The notes under the pieces were generated by a model. It ran no database searches. It was not told the origin of the DNA and saw only the letters and a program-made list of their open reading frames with translations. Made by a program: the position numbers and the translations under genes. 31,507 nucleotides of DNA from a virus (lineage: Duplodnaviria; Caudoviricetes). Positions 7,118 to 16,869 of the stretch are shown piece after piece. Where the stretch lies: positions 1 to 31,507 of IMG/VR virus record IMGVR_UViG_3300049144_000016; one strand, given 5' to 3'. Numbering within the stretch: the stretch's first letter is position 1; every line of letters starts with the position of its first letter.

Positions 7118-7492
7118 TCAGACTCCTGTGCGGTCGTACTCCTCGACGCGAGGCGGCGGCGGGGGCGGGTCCACCCCCCGCGCGTGCAACTCCTTGGCCA
7201 GCGTGCCCACGTACCGGGAGAACTCCCGGACCAGGACGCGCAAGTTACGGGTTTCCGCTCGTAGCTCCTCCAGCTCCTCGCGCATGCTGCGCCGGATCGC
7301 CTCGAACGCCTCGCGGTCGGCGGCGCGCTGCGCCGGCTCGGCGGCGGCCTGTGCGGCGGCGCGGTTCGCCTCGGCGGTCGTTGCTGCGGCGGCCCGGGTC
7401 GCGCGTGCGGCGAACAGACCGGAGCACACCAGGGCGACGGCGCCCAGCAGTGATCCGGTGACGGCCGCGACTACCCCCCAACCCCCGTTCAC
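7118..7492 (-). CDS. Lysis-cassette membrane-anchored coiled-coil protein
   Basis: GTG 7492 (GTGA overlap); N-terminal TM, coiled coil and C-terminal GVDPPPPP, typical of the last gene of actinophage lysis cassettes. Confidence 0.8.
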   Translation of the reverse strand: MNGGWGVVAAVTGSLLGAVALVCSGLFAARATRAAAATTAEANRAAAQAAAEPAQRAADREAFEAIRRSMREELEELRAETRNLRVLVREFSRYVGTLAKELHARGVDPPPPPPRVEEYDRTGV

Positions 7493-7914
7493 GTGGGGCC
7501 CCCTCTTCCTCTCGGGTGGGGCACGGAGTGTTCCGGCACGCTCGCGGCCCACAGAATCACGGCACAGTGGCTCACCGCATACCATCCGGCGACAGTCCAG
7601 CCGCGGGGGTAGTCGTAGGCGAGGGCGGCCCACGCGTACGCGGAGCCCCACACGAACGGGGGGATCAGTGCGGCCACGAACCCGCCCCAGTCGCGGCCGA
7701 TGCGGAGGAACGCGCACACGAACGTGATCGCACCGCAGACGATCCAGACCAGGGCCCACGCGCGGATATCGCCGGTCCGGGTCAGCAACTCCAACCCTCG
7801 GGGGCGGGTCTCCTCGGTCAACAGGTAGCCGAGCCCGTACAGGACTTTCCCCGTGCCCAGTAGGGCGAGGGCGATGCCGCGGCGGCCCAAGAGTCGCCGG
7901 ACCGCCCGGCACAT
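7489..7914 (-). CDS. Four-TM membrane protein of the lysis cassette
   Basis: ATG 7914 overlaps the holin stop; four hydrophobic segments (GRRGIALALLG...WALVWIVCG...). Confidence 0.8.
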   Translation of the reverse strand: MCRAVRRLLGRRGIALALLGTGKVLYGLGYLLTEETRPRGLELLTRTGDIRAWALVWIVCGAITFVCAFLRIGRDWGGFVAALIPPFVWGSAYAWAALAYDYPRGWTVAGWYAVSHCAVILWAASVPEHSVPHPRGRGGPT

Positions 7915-8186
7915 CAGCCGGCCGCCGGGCCGGACGGCGGTGCGGTGTCGTCGCGGAGTCCGAGCCCGAACCGGTCGAGCAGGCGTTCGAACGGGTCCGA
8001 TGCCATGAAGCGGGCGACGATGCCGGCGGCGACGGCGGCCGTACCGGCGGCGGCGACGAGCCACGGCGCGGCGACGGCCAGGGCGTCGTTGTCGGCGACC
8101 ATCGCGGCGAGGGCGGGCAGGACCGCGGCGACCGCGGCGAGGGTCTGTATGCCGGTACGGATGGCGCGCTTGTTCTTCGGGGTCAT
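7914..8186 (-). CDS. Holin
   Basis: KRAIRTGIQT start, two TM segments, directly after the endolysin. Confidence 0.8.
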   Translation of the reverse strand: MTPKNKRAIRTGIQTLAAVAAVLPALAAMVADNDALAVAAPWLVAAAGTAAVAAGIVARFMASDPFERLLDRFGLGLRDDTAPPSGPAAG

Positions 8187-8240
8187 GGGGTGAACTCCAA
8201 TCGGGTGGCGCGGCGCGGTGGCGGCGCGGTGGGTGAGGTG

Positions 8241-9317
8241 TCAGGCGAACAGGCGGCGCCACGTCTCCGGGCCCGGGTAGCCGTCGGCATCGCCGCCCGT
8301 CCACCCCTGCGCCCGCTGGAACGCGGCCACGTTGAGCCGGTCGGCCTCGGTCCAGCGCGGTCCGGGGCCGGTGCGGTAGTGCCGCCCGTACCCCTTGGCG
8401 ACGAGCTGCCTACCGAGGCGGGTGACGTGCTCGTTCACGGCCCCCGGCTGGAACTTGTCGCGGCCCGGGAACTTGGGCGCGGCCGGCTTCGGCTTGGCGG
8501 CCGGCTTCCCCTTCGGCTTGCTGGGCAGGGAGCCGAGCAGGGCCCGTAGGCTCGATTCCCCTGGCACCCCGTCGGCGTCGGCGCCCTTGTAGCCGAGCGA
8601 CCGCTGAAACGCCGCGTAGTTCTCGGTATCGGCGTCCGACCACGTCGGCCCCGGGCCCTCCTGGTACGCGTCGCCGTGCCCCTTGGCGACCAGGGCCTTA
8701 CCGACGGCGGTGACGTGCGCTCCCGTGGCGCCGTAGCCGTACTCAAGGCCGTTGATGGTGACGCGGTAGCGGGCGGGCCCGTCCTGCTCGGCCGGCTCGT
8801 CCTTGCCCGGCGCGGTGCCCTCGGTGATGGCCTTCGCTCGGCGGACGATGTCGTCGAGCTGGGCGACGATGCGGGAACCGGGGCACGACGTGTGTCCGCC
8901 CCAGTCGCTACCGCCCATCGCGTGGTAGCCGAGCCCGCGCTCGGACGGCGAATGTGCCACCCGGAGCGGGACGTCGTAGGCGGTGTGCGCCCACGCCAGG
9001 ACGCGCGCGTTCGCGTCGAGCTGGGCGTCGGTGAGCTTGTCGCCGCCCTTGCCCTCGTTCTCGACGCTGAGCCACTGCCGGTTTCCGCCGGCCTGTGCCC
9101 ATGCGCGGTCGGCGGTGTCGACCCACTGGCGGAGTCGGCCGGTCTTGCTGGTGCCGAAGTGGCTCGACGCCTGCGCCTTCGGGTTGCGGAACCATGAGTC
9201 GGTGCCCTCGAACGTGCCGGCCATGATGTGGACGACCACGCCCCGGACGGAGTCTTGTCCGCCCGGGGTGCGGTTGACGGAGATCGGGCGCCACTCGGCG
9301 CCGGGCATGCGTGCCAT
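8241..9317 (-). CDS. Endolysin: Amidase_2-type N-acetylmuramoyl-L-alanine amidase with two peptidoglycan-binding repeats
   Basis: VVVH, ASSHF, AWAQ..GN, SVENEG, GYH, HTSCPG; two C-terminal repeats HVT..G..LVAKG.G..Y..GPGP.W..AD..N.AAFQR..G..G.DADG.PG. Confidence 0.93.
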   Translation of the reverse strand: MARMPGAEWRPISVNRTPGGQDSVRGVVVHIMAGTFEGTDSWFRNPKAQASSHFGTSKTGRLRQWVDTADRAWAQAGGNRQWLSVENEGKGGDKLTDAQLDANARVLAWAHTAYDVPLRVAHSPSERGLGYHAMGGSDWGGHTSCPGSRIVAQLDDIVRRAKAITEGTAPGKDEPAEQDGPARYRVTINGLEYGYGATGAHVTAVGKALVAKGHGDAYQEGPGPTWSDADTENYAAFQRSLGYKGADADGVPGESSLRALLGSLPSKPKGKPAAKPKPAAPKFPGRDKFQPGAVNEHVTRLGRQLVAKGYGRHYRTGPGPRWTEADRLNVAAFQRAQGWTGGDADGYPGPETWRRLFA

Positions 9318-9337
9318 GCGGGGTGTCTCCAGACATG

Positions 9338-9368
9338 AGAAAACGCCCGCGGCGCGGTGCCGGGGCGT
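9338..9368 (-). terminator. Terminator-like hairpin before the lysis cassette
   Basis: Minus strand ACGCCCCGGC-accgc-GCCGcGGGCGT-TTTCT. Confidence 0.55.
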
Positions 9369-9383
9369 GCGAAGGGGAGAGGG

Positions 9384-10733
9384 TCAGGCGGCGGCGATGG
9401 TGGTGACAGTGCCGTTCGGGCCTCGCCACTTCAGGGCGCCGGCCTCCGCGTACAGGACGCCACCTCCGACGGGGTTGGTGGCGGGCACGGTGGTGGCGTT
9501 GGTGATGCCGAGCACTCCGGAGCCTCCGCCGAACGTGACGGAGGTGCCGCCCACCTGCATGCCGGTGCCGGCTGCGTACAGCGTCTCCAGCGTGACTATC
9601 TGGCAGGTGGGGGTGATCCGCGTGCGGGTGGCGCCGTCCGTCGACCGCTGCCACTCCATGAGGTTCGATCCGGTCGTGCCCGCGGCGCGGACGACCATGG
9701 CGGGGGTGGTGGTGTCCGGGACGCGTAGGTCGAGCATCGCCGTGGGGTTGTAGCCGATCGCCCCGCCCATGGCTATGCGCCCGTTGGCGGCCATGCGGAG
9801 ATCGTCTTTCCCCTTGGTGTTCCTGACGGTGATCAGGTTGCCGGTCGTGCCGCGCTCGCCGTCGGCGCGGTCGATGGTCGAGTTGATGAACAGGCCCTGG
9901 GCGGCGGTGCCAGCGCCGACCAGGTCGACGGACAGGGCGGCGGCGCCGGAATCGTCGGCGGCGCCGGCGCGGTCGTGAGTGACCTTGATAGTGCCGGTGT
10001 TCGTCTCCTTGCCGGACACCTGCACGGCGGAGAAACCGGGGTTGTCGCTCACGGCATTCAGGGCGCTGCCGGTGCCGGACGTGGCGGCCATCCATGCCGT
10101 GATGGCGTGGCCGGCGGTGGTAACGGTGCTCTTGGACGTGAAACCGTGCTGCGCGGTGTCCACCCGGAGCGTGCCGGTGTAGGTGCCGCCGGTCGAGGGG
10201 ACGGCCCCGACGTCCGGCGCGGTGAGCGTCACGGCCGGTGTGCTCTTGCCGTTGACGGACTGCACCACGCCCGGGGCGCCCTGCGGTCCGACCAGGGACG
10301 CGAGCCACTGCGACAGGGTGCCGGTGAAACCGTTGTCCACAGCGTGTTGATAGGCGCTCTTGCCGGTGACGGCAACGTAGTTCGGGGTGCTCGGGTCGGT
10401 GGGGGCGATGTCGGCGATGTCGACGTGCGGCGTAGCGGCCGGCAACAGGATCTGATAGTTGCGGTTCTGCGCGACCGTGGCGAACTGCTCGCCGACGCTG
10501 TAGCTCCACCCGCTCGGGTTCATGCCGGGGGCGTCCGTGGCCGGTAGGACCACGCTGAAACGGCCCTGGGAGTCGAGCGGCACGGTGACGGGCCCGCCCA
10601 GGACGACGTCATGGTCGGCGAACGTGATCAGAGACGGGGCGCGGAACACCACCTGCCCGGACAGCGGCTGTCCGTCCGGGCGGAGGTAGCGGCCGGTGAC
10701 GGTCACGGTGGGGATGCCCTCGGGCAGGGACAC
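9384..10733 (-). CDS. Tail fibre/receptor-binding protein with HylP (phage hyaluronate lyase)-like domain
   Basis: GTG 10733 with GGAGG; N-terminal anchor domain; KSAY..AV.NGF.GT..QWLASL.GPQG linker; SALNAVS...GTIKVTH...AAALSVDL..GTAAQGLFINST...GTTGNLITVRN parallels streptococcal HylP. Confidence 0.88.
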   Translation of the reverse strand: MSLPEGIPTVTVTGRYLRPDGQPLSGQVVFRAPSLITFADHDVVLGGPVTVPLDSQGRFSVVLPATDAPGMNPSGWSYSVGEQFATVAQNRNYQILLPAATPHVDIADIAPTDPSTPNYVAVTGKSAYQHAVDNGFTGTLSQWLASLVGPQGAPGVVQSVNGKSTPAVTLTAPDVGAVPSTGGTYTGTLRVDTAQHGFTSKSTVTTAGHAITAWMAATSGTGSALNAVSDNPGFSAVQVSGKETNTGTIKVTHDRAGAADDSGAAALSVDLVGAGTAAQGLFINSTIDRADGERGTTGNLITVRNTKGKDDLRMAANGRIAMGGAIGYNPTAMLDLRVPDTTTPAMVVRAAGTTGSNLMEWQRSTDGATRTRITPTCQIVTLETLYAAGTGMQVGGTSVTFGGGSGVLGITNATTVPATNPVGGGVLYAEAGALKWRGPNGTVTTIAAA

Positions 10734-10741
10734 AGGGCCTC

Positions 10742-11467
10742 CTAGTTGGCTTCTTCGGGGGTGCGGGTGTTGAGTCCCCACAGGCCGCGCACGCGGAGTG
10801 TGCAGGTGCCGGTGCCGCCGGTCCGCTGTCCCCACATGACGACGGATGCGCCGGTCCCGTGCGGGAGCGCGTTGGAGTCGAGGGGGATGCGCTCGGATAT
10901 CTCCAGCACCGTTGCCGTGCTGGTGAGCGTCCATGTGCCGTAGTCGGTGGTGCCGATACGGAGCCGCGCGGTGGCGGACGTGCCGGACGGCCCGGAGAGC
11001 TGGGCGACGACCGCCAGCACCTTGTGCTGCACGACCATGTGCCCGCTGTACAGCGCGGTATCGGTATCGCTGGTGAACGTCACGGGCGGGGCGCACGGGA
11101 TCGGCACCCACGGCCGGCCGAGGTAGCCGTCCGCGTGCGCGTCGTCCATGACGATGACCTGGCCACCGCGGGAGAGGGTGCGGACCATCTGGCCGGACGT
11201 GGCGACGTCCGTGCCGACGGTGAGCGCAAGGGTGCCGTCCTCGCGGCTGAGGTTGACGGCCCAGTCACCCGCGGGTGTCTCGCCGGTCTCCAGCATCCGG
11301 CCCCCGCCGGGTGCCTGCGCGACGAGCCGACCGCCCTCGCCGATGACCACATCGCCGTGCAGTACCTCGTTCATCGCGGGCCGCATCTGTGCCCGGCCGC
11401 GGAGGGTGCGCACCTCGCGTTCGAGGGCGGCGAGGCGGTCAAGGACGTCTTGGGGGACGTGCGGCAC
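10742..11467 (-). CDS. Minor tail protein
   Basis: GTG 11467 overlaps the upstream stop; N-terminal coiled coil DVLDRLAALEREVRTL, then beta-rich sequence. Confidence 0.82.
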   Translation of the reverse strand: MPHVPQDVLDRLAALEREVRTLRGRAQMRPAMNEVLHGDVVIGEGGRLVAQAPGGGRMLETGETPAGDWAVNLSREDGTLALTVGTDVATSGQMVRTLSRGGQVIVMDDAHADGYLGRPWVPIPCAPPVTFTSDTDTALYSGHMVVQHKVLAVVAQLSGPSGTSATARLRIGTTDYGTWTLTSTATVLEISERIPLDSNALPHGTGASVVMWGQRTGGTGTCTLRVRGLWGLNTRTPEEAN

Positions 11468-12564
11468 TACGGCACCTCCAGATACAGGCGGGCCGTTTCC
11501 GGGCGTCCGCGTTCGGGTGGGTTGATGGACAGGCCGACCACGCGGTAGCGGGCGTCGAGGGTGTCGGGGTGCCACAGATCCCGGATGCGGAGCCGCACGG
11601 TGGCGCCGAGCAGTGCCGGGGTCACGTTGCCGCCGAGCAGTACCTCGACCTCCGGTATCTGCACGGGGGCACGGGAGGCGGCCCAGTCGGCGCGGGCGTG
11701 CGCGTTGAGCGTGCCCTGATGTTCCACGGTCGTGTAGTCGCTGGTGCCGTCGAGCCGGGGCCAGCCGGCCGACACGTCCGCGTCATCGACGAACAGAAAC
11801 GACATGAGGGGGTACGACTCCTCCGCTTGATTGCGGTTGATCGTCGCGCCCCTGCTCTGCCACGCGTTCGCTTTCTGCGTGGCGTCCGTGGGCCACGTGT
11901 AGGACAGGACCGGCCCGGGGTGGTCGAGGACGATATCGGCGGTCCCTGCCCGGATCACGGGGTGCCCCAGGATGAGCCGCTTCACGCGGCGGCCGTCGGT
12001 GTCCCGATACGACGCGATCCGCCACTCGAACCCCTGCTCGACGGCGGCAAGATCGTCTATCAGGTCACCGATGGTGTGCAGGTCATAGCGCAGGTACGTA
12101 CGGTCCCGGAGCACGCCCGACGTGCGCGTGTCGTACGTGATTCCGATGTCTCCGCCGGGCGTGTTCTGCACGTAGTCGACGAGCCCGCGCACAAGGTCGA
12201 GTTGGTCGACCTGTACGGCTGTCTGCGTGTCGTACAGCAGGCGCCGGTACAGGTACGACTCCCACCCGCCGCACTGCACCTGAGCGCCCAGGAACCCGCG
12301 AGCGTCCGACGAGAGAGACAGGGTCCACAGGATGCCGCCCCACCACACCTCGCGCCCGCGCTCGACCCACACGCCCGTACGGCCCGGGACCAGGGCGCGG
12401 CGCGCCCGCGCGGCAATCTGCGCGTTGGGCACTGGCACGGTGCCGCGCATGCTGCCGACTTTGCCGATGTAGTCGTCGATGGACACGCCCTGTACGGGCA
12501 GGGTGTCGAGGACTTGATCGGAGCGCAGGTCGGTGAACACCAGACGGTACGGGGAAGCGATCAT
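11467..12564 (-). CDS. Minor tail/baseplate hub protein
   Basis: ATG 12564 with a G-rich RBS; [24 protein letters not shown] and GWP.LD motifs of actinophage minor tail proteins. Confidence 0.85.
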   Translation of the reverse strand: MIASPYRLVFTDLRSDQVLDTLPVQGVSIDDYIGKVGSMRGTVPVPNAQIAARARRALVPGRTGVWVERGREVWWGGILWTLSLSSDARGFLGAQVQCGGWESYLYRRLLYDTQTAVQVDQLDLVRGLVDYVQNTPGGDIGITYDTRTSGVLRDRTYLRYDLHTIGDLIDDLAAVEQGFEWRIASYRDTDGRRVKRLILGHPVIRAGTADIVLDHPGPVLSYTWPTDATQKANAWQSRGATINRNQAEESYPLMSFLFVDDADVSAGWPRLDGTSDYTTVEHQGTLNAHARADWAASRAPVQIPEVEVLLGGNVTPALLGATVRLRIRDLWHPDTLDARYRVVGLSINPPERGRPETARLYLEVP

Positions 12565-12574
12565 GACGCCCCCC

Positions 12575-13588
12575 TCACGGCAGGATGTACGTCGCGGTGA
12601 CGCGATAGGTGTTGTCTTGGGTGTCGTCGATCGTTCCGCCACCCGACCACGTGCGGATACGGACCGCGCCACCGGTCTCGATCAGCGCAGTCCCGGACCC
12701 GTACCCGTCCGACACGACAGCCTCGTACGGCTCAGCCGGCCGCCACCCGCTCGGAATGGTGCACAGAGTCGAGTCGGTGATGTTGCCCGCAGCGTTCGCG
12801 GTGATCGCGGCTCCGGTGCGGCGAGCCTCGATCTTGACTGTGCAAATGCCGTGACGACGTCGCCCGGTCCACGCCCGGAGCGCCCAGCCGCCCGACATGG
12901 TCAGACCAGCCGTGACGGTTTCGGTTGTCTCGACCGGCGGCCGGTACGTCCTCCATACCGCGCCGGCGGCGTCCCAGCGTTGCAGCTCCCCGCCCGCGTC
13001 CCGGTACTGGCCGTCATAGGCGCCCGTGTCGGCGAGCGCGCCACGGGGGACGATGCCGCCCACGGCTACCGTGTACTTGCGCCGGTCGAACAGGGCGGAG
13101 GTCCAGTCGATACCGCCCGCACCCGCGGACGTGCCCGCGGGCACCGTCACGTTCCACAGGGGAAGTGCCGCGTTGCCCACGGACGGGGCGACGGGAGTGT
13201 CTGACGGAGCGCCGCCGATGATCTCGATGCGGGCGAGGGTCTGCCCGGACGTGTCGTACAGGCCGTCATACACCCGCAGGACGACCGTGTCGATACGGGC
13301 GAACTGTGCGTCGCCGTCGGCGAACGTGACAGTTTCCGGGGCGTCGACGGCTACCGGATAGGCGCCCTGGGCGAGGGTGCCCTGTACCACCGCGCGCCCG
13401 ACCCCGACCTGTAGCGACATCGCGCCCGCGCCCACGGCCGCGAACGGGTTCCCGCCCGGAATGACACCGGGCCGGGAGGCGAGTTCACCCGCCGGGGTCA
13501 TCGCGCCGAGCGGCGCGTGTCGGGTGTCCTCGCGGGTCTGCCCGGGGCCCGTGCCACCGGGCAGCAGCCATGCAGTGCGCACGGTCAC
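12575..13588 (-). CDS. Minor tail protein
   Basis: GTG 13588 with AGGAG; [15 protein letters not shown] and [11 protein letters not shown] motifs. Confidence 0.85.
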   Translation of the reverse strand: MTVRTAWLLPGGTGPGQTREDTRHAPLGAMTPAGELASRPGVIPGGNPFAAVGAGAMSLQVGVGRAVVQGTLAQGAYPVAVDAPETVTFADGDAQFARIDTVVLRVYDGLYDTSGQTLARIEIIGGAPSDTPVAPSVGNAALPLWNVTVPAGTSAGAGGIDWTSALFDRRKYTVAVGGIVPRGALADTGAYDGQYRDAGGELQRWDAAGAVWRTYRPPVETTETVTAGLTMSGGWALRAWTGRRRHGICTVKIEARRTGAAITANAAGNITDSTLCTIPSGWRPAEPYEAVVSDGYGSGTALIETGGAVRIRTWSGGGTIDDTQDNTYRVTATYILP

Positions 13589-13599
13589 GTGGCGTCTCC

Positions 13600-14568
13600 T
13601 TACCAGTAGGCCGACCGCCACCGGACGGTGACGGACGCGGCGGGGTCGGTCGAACCGGGCGCGGCCCGGAACACGTAGTCGGTGGTGCCGGGGGCGAGCG
13701 TGAACGTCTGCTCGGGCACGCTGCGCGAGGTGGCACGGTCCAGCCGCGACGCGGTGCCGTTGAGAACGACCGTGCCCGCGCGGGTGTCCACGGCGAGGAC
13801 GTCGCCAGCGGCAAGGGGGAGGTCATATTCGAGGACATCGCCCGTCGCCACGTTCGTGAGGGACGGCCGGTCAACCGGCCCCCGGAATTCCACGATCGGG
13901 TGCGCGGGGGCGTTGCCGGTGTTGGCGACGGACAGGGCGCCCGTACTGCCCGGCTCCCCGAATGTGAGCCCGTCCTCGCCCTCGCCCTCGCCGTCGGCGC
14001 CCGCGCGCCAGTCGAGCCCGCCCTCGGTACCGGTCTGCTCGTCCGCAGACCAGTCGAGGCCCGGCTCGGCGATCGGCAACCGCGCCGACGTTGAACGCTC
14101 GGCGAGTTCGTACCGGCGCGGGTCCGTCGCCTCGAACTCGACCGCGCCGCCCGTGATGACGCCCACCCGATAGCCGAGCGTCGTCGGGATCAGCCGGCGC
14201 GTCACCCGCGCATACGCCAGCAGCGGCCCCCGCTCATCCAGCCACACCACGAGCGGTAGCTCATCCTCGACCGGCACCGTGCCCGCGCCGAGCGCACCGA
14301 CCACCGCGCCGACCTCACCGCGCGGCGCGCGAATGATCAGCTCATCCACGGTGACCGTGCGCACCTGAGACAGCAGCCGGCCCGGGAACGAGCCGTGCGC
14401 ATCCGAGCGCGCCACCGTCCCGGAGTCCAGCGCGGGAAGGTCTTCCCACCCGGTGAGCGTGCGCCACCGGTACGGGGTCCCGGGGCCGAGCAGCAGGTCA
14501 CCGTATTGGATGTGCCCGGGGCGGGTGACCAGGGCGCCGACGGCGGCGAGGACGTCAGGCATCGTCAC
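13600..14568 (-). CDS. Distal tail (Dit-like) protein
   Basis: Follows the tape measure gene; EFEATDPRRY, NTGNAPAHP, terminal WRSAYW; start GTG 14568 or ATG 14562. Confidence 0.87.
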   Translation of the reverse strand: MTMPDVLAAVGALVTRPGHIQYGDLLLGPGTPYRWRTLTGWEDLPALDSGTVARSDAHGSFPGRLLSQVRTVTVDELIIRAPRGEVGAVVGALGAGTVPVEDELPLVVWLDERGPLLAYARVTRRLIPTTLGYRVGVITGGAVEFEATDPRRYELAERSTSARLPIAEPGLDWSADEQTGTEGGLDWRAGADGEGEGEDGLTFGEPGSTGALSVANTGNAPAHPIVEFRGPVDRPSLTNVATGDVLEYDLPLAAGDVLAVDTRAGTVVLNGTASRLDRATSRSVPEQTFTLAPGTTDYVFRAAPGSTDPAASVTVRWRSAYW

Positions 14569-16829
14569 CCCCTCGCCTTTGCCAGCCACGCGAGCGCGCG
14601 GGCGTTGTCATCCGGGCCGCCGTGTTCGGCGGCGTGCCAGTGCTCGACGTGCAGCAGCGCGCCACCGCCCGCACCCGCCGCGAACGGGTTACCGCCCGCG
14701 CCCGGGGCCGCCAGTGCGGGCGTGAGCGCAGGAGCGGCCGGCGGGCGTACGAGCGTCGACATGGCCCGCTCGACCGCGCCCTGTCCGCCCTCGATGCCCT
14801 TGACGATGCCCGCGGGAATCCAGCGGCCCACCTCGCGCGCCATGACGCGCGAGGGCGAAGCGATACCGAGCGCTTTCGCCACCGGGCCGGGGATGACGGA
14901 CCGCGCCCAGCCCATGATCTTGTCCCGGAGCCAACCGCCCATCGAGCTGATGCCCGACCACAACCCCTGAACGACATTGCGTCCCTTGCCGGTGAGCAGA
15001 CCGGACAGGGAACCGATAGCCGACGAGATCCGACCCGGAAGTCCCTGCATCCACGACGCCAGAGACAGCGCCTTATTGACGGCGGCGTCTTTCATTCCCT
15101 GGAAATAGCGGTTCGCCGCGCCGCGGAGAATTCCGCCGAGCCCCGATATCGCCTGCCCCGCACGGCCCGGAAGGCTGTTGAGCCACGCCACAAGTTCGAG
15201 CGACTTACGGACGGCCCAGTCTTTCGCGTCCCCGAAGTATTTCGAGACCATACCCGGAATGGCGCCCAGGAATGAAACGGCGCTCAGAACGTCATCCTTG
15301 GCCGACGTGACCTTCTGCACCACCCAATTCCATGCGGCTTGTGTCGCGGCCGATATCTCGTCCCAGTAGGCGACGACGAGCACGACGAGCGCGCCAATCG
15401 CCAAACCGATCCAGCCGATCGGGCCCAGCGCCATCACCCACGCGCGGGCCATCTGCATACCGGCCCACAGCGCTTTACTGCCGAGCAGCAGCAGCGCGGG
15501 AACAACAACCGCCGTGATCACAGCGGCGAACGCGTACAGCTCGGTACTGTGCTCGCGGAGAAACCCGACGAAATCCATCAGAGCGGGAATAACGGTGCCG
15601 CCGAGAAAGTCGACGAGCCCTTGCATGGCCTGCCGCTTGAACTGCTCGACCTGCGCGCCCGCGTTGTTCCGCAGGCTGTCGCCCATCTCCGCAGCCTTGC
15701 CGCCCACCTGGCCGAGCGCTTCCGTGGCCTTTGACGGGTCGAGGGAGAAAAGCGCTTTCTGCGTGTCCTCGGCTTTCGTGCCGAACAGGGCGAGGGCGAT
15801 AGCCTGCCGGTCCGACTCGTTACCGACACCCCGCAGCCCGTCAAACACCTTGTCGAGCGCGGCTTTAGCCTCCGGCCCGCCCTTGGTGAACGCGGCTTGC
15901 ATTTCCTTGCCGGAAAGGCCGATCTTCGCAAAAGCGGCGTCAACTTCCTTGCCGCCACCCTGCGTGATAAGAACGAATTCCTTCAACGCGTCCGCGACGA
16001 CGTCCGTGTCCCTTGCGCCTGCCTGCAAGCCCTGAGACATCAGGCCCGTTGCCGTCGTGGCGTCAATGCCCAACTGCCGGAACTGTGTTGAATACTCGTT
16101 GAAAGTATCCATCAAGTCGTCGGCCCGTGGACCCATCTTTTGCATTCCGGCGGTGAGCGCGTCGAGGGCTTCCGTGCCGTCTTTCGCCAGTCCGGTTTTC
16201 AGGATCTGCCCGACCGCATTCGCGGTCTGCCCGAGGTCCAACTCGAACGTGCTGGCAAGGTCACTCACCTTTGTAGCGAGGGATTCGAGTTGCGCCTCGG
16301 TGGCGTCCGGCGGGGCGATACCGGCGCGCATCACTGCCGATATCGTGTCGGCGGCCGTCTGAAAGTCGGCCGTGACGGCATTGGAGTACAGGCGGCCGGC
16401 GAGTTCGCCGTACTTCTCCGCCTCCGCCGGGGTGGCGCCGAGCTGGGCGCCGAGCCGGCCGACGATCTGCCCCTGTTCGAGGGCTTGGCCGAACCCTGCT
16501 GCGAGCAGGGCACCTGCGGCGAGGCCGGCACCCGCCAACCCGGCCTTGAGGCTGTCGCCGAGCCTGCCGGCGATGCTGTCGCCGGCCTGCTCGGCTCCCT
16601 CGCCGCCCGCGTCCTCGACGCTGTCGGTGAGTCCTTCACCCGCGTCGCGGCCCGCCCGGACGAACCGGCCCCGCAGGTCGCGGAGACGGCCGCTGGCGCC
16701 CTCGACGACACCTTCGCCGATGCTGTCGCCGGCGCGGCGGGCGTCGCCCTCGGCGGCGGCGAGGCCGGACCGCATCGCGGACGTGTCGACGTCGATGACG
16801 GCCAGCAACTCGCCCACGGTGAGCGCCAC
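14565..16829 (-). CDS. Tape measure protein (754 aa)
   Basis: MALTVGEL start; Ala/Gly-rich helical; DDLMDTFNEYSTQF and DVVADALKEF motifs; TM region; ALGIASPSRVM motif. Confidence 0.95.
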   Translation of the reverse strand: MALTVGELLAVIDVDTSAMRSGLAAAEGDARRAGDSIGEGVVEGASGRLRDLRGRFVRAGRDAGEGLTDSVEDAGGEGAEQAGDSIAGRLGDSLKAGLAGAGLAAGALLAAGFGQALEQGQIVGRLGAQLGATPAEAEKYGELAGRLYSNAVTADFQTAADTISAVMRAGIAPPDATEAQLESLATKVSDLASTFELDLGQTANAVGQILKTGLAKDGTEALDALTAGMQKMGPRADDLMDTFNEYSTQFRQLGIDATTATGLMSQGLQAGARDTDVVADALKEFVLITQGGGKEVDAAFAKIGLSGKEMQAAFTKGGPEAKAALDKVFDGLRGVGNESDRQAIALALFGTKAEDTQKALFSLDPSKATEALGQVGGKAAEMGDSLRNNAGAQVEQFKRQAMQGLVDFLGGTVIPALMDFVGFLREHSTELYAFAAVITAVVVPALLLLGSKALWAGMQMARAWVMALGPIGWIGLAIGALVVLVVAYWDEISAATQAAWNWVVQKVTSAKDDVLSAVSFLGAIPGMVSKYFGDAKDWAVRKSLELVAWLNSLPGRAGQAISGLGGILRGAANRYFQGMKDAAVNKALSLASWMQGLPGRISSAIGSLSGLLTGKGRNVVQGLWSGISSMGGWLRDKIMGWARSVIPGPVAKALGIASPSRVMAREVGRWIPAGIVKGIEGGQGAVERAMSTLVRPPAAPALTPALAAPGAGGNPFAAGAGGGALLHVEHWHAAEHGGPDDNARALAWLAKARG

Positions 16830-16869
16830 AGCCGGTCACCTCCTTCGGTGATCCGGCGCGCGGCCGGTG

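Noticed and set aside
8205-8232. Short GCGGCGCGGTG direct repeat between endolysin and holin
   Set aside because: Low-complexity GC sequence in two copies only; likely chance or slippage.
10734-11111. 126-aa N-terminal extension of the tail fibre in the track
   Set aside because: It overlaps the upstream tail gene; a clear RBS precedes GTG 10733.
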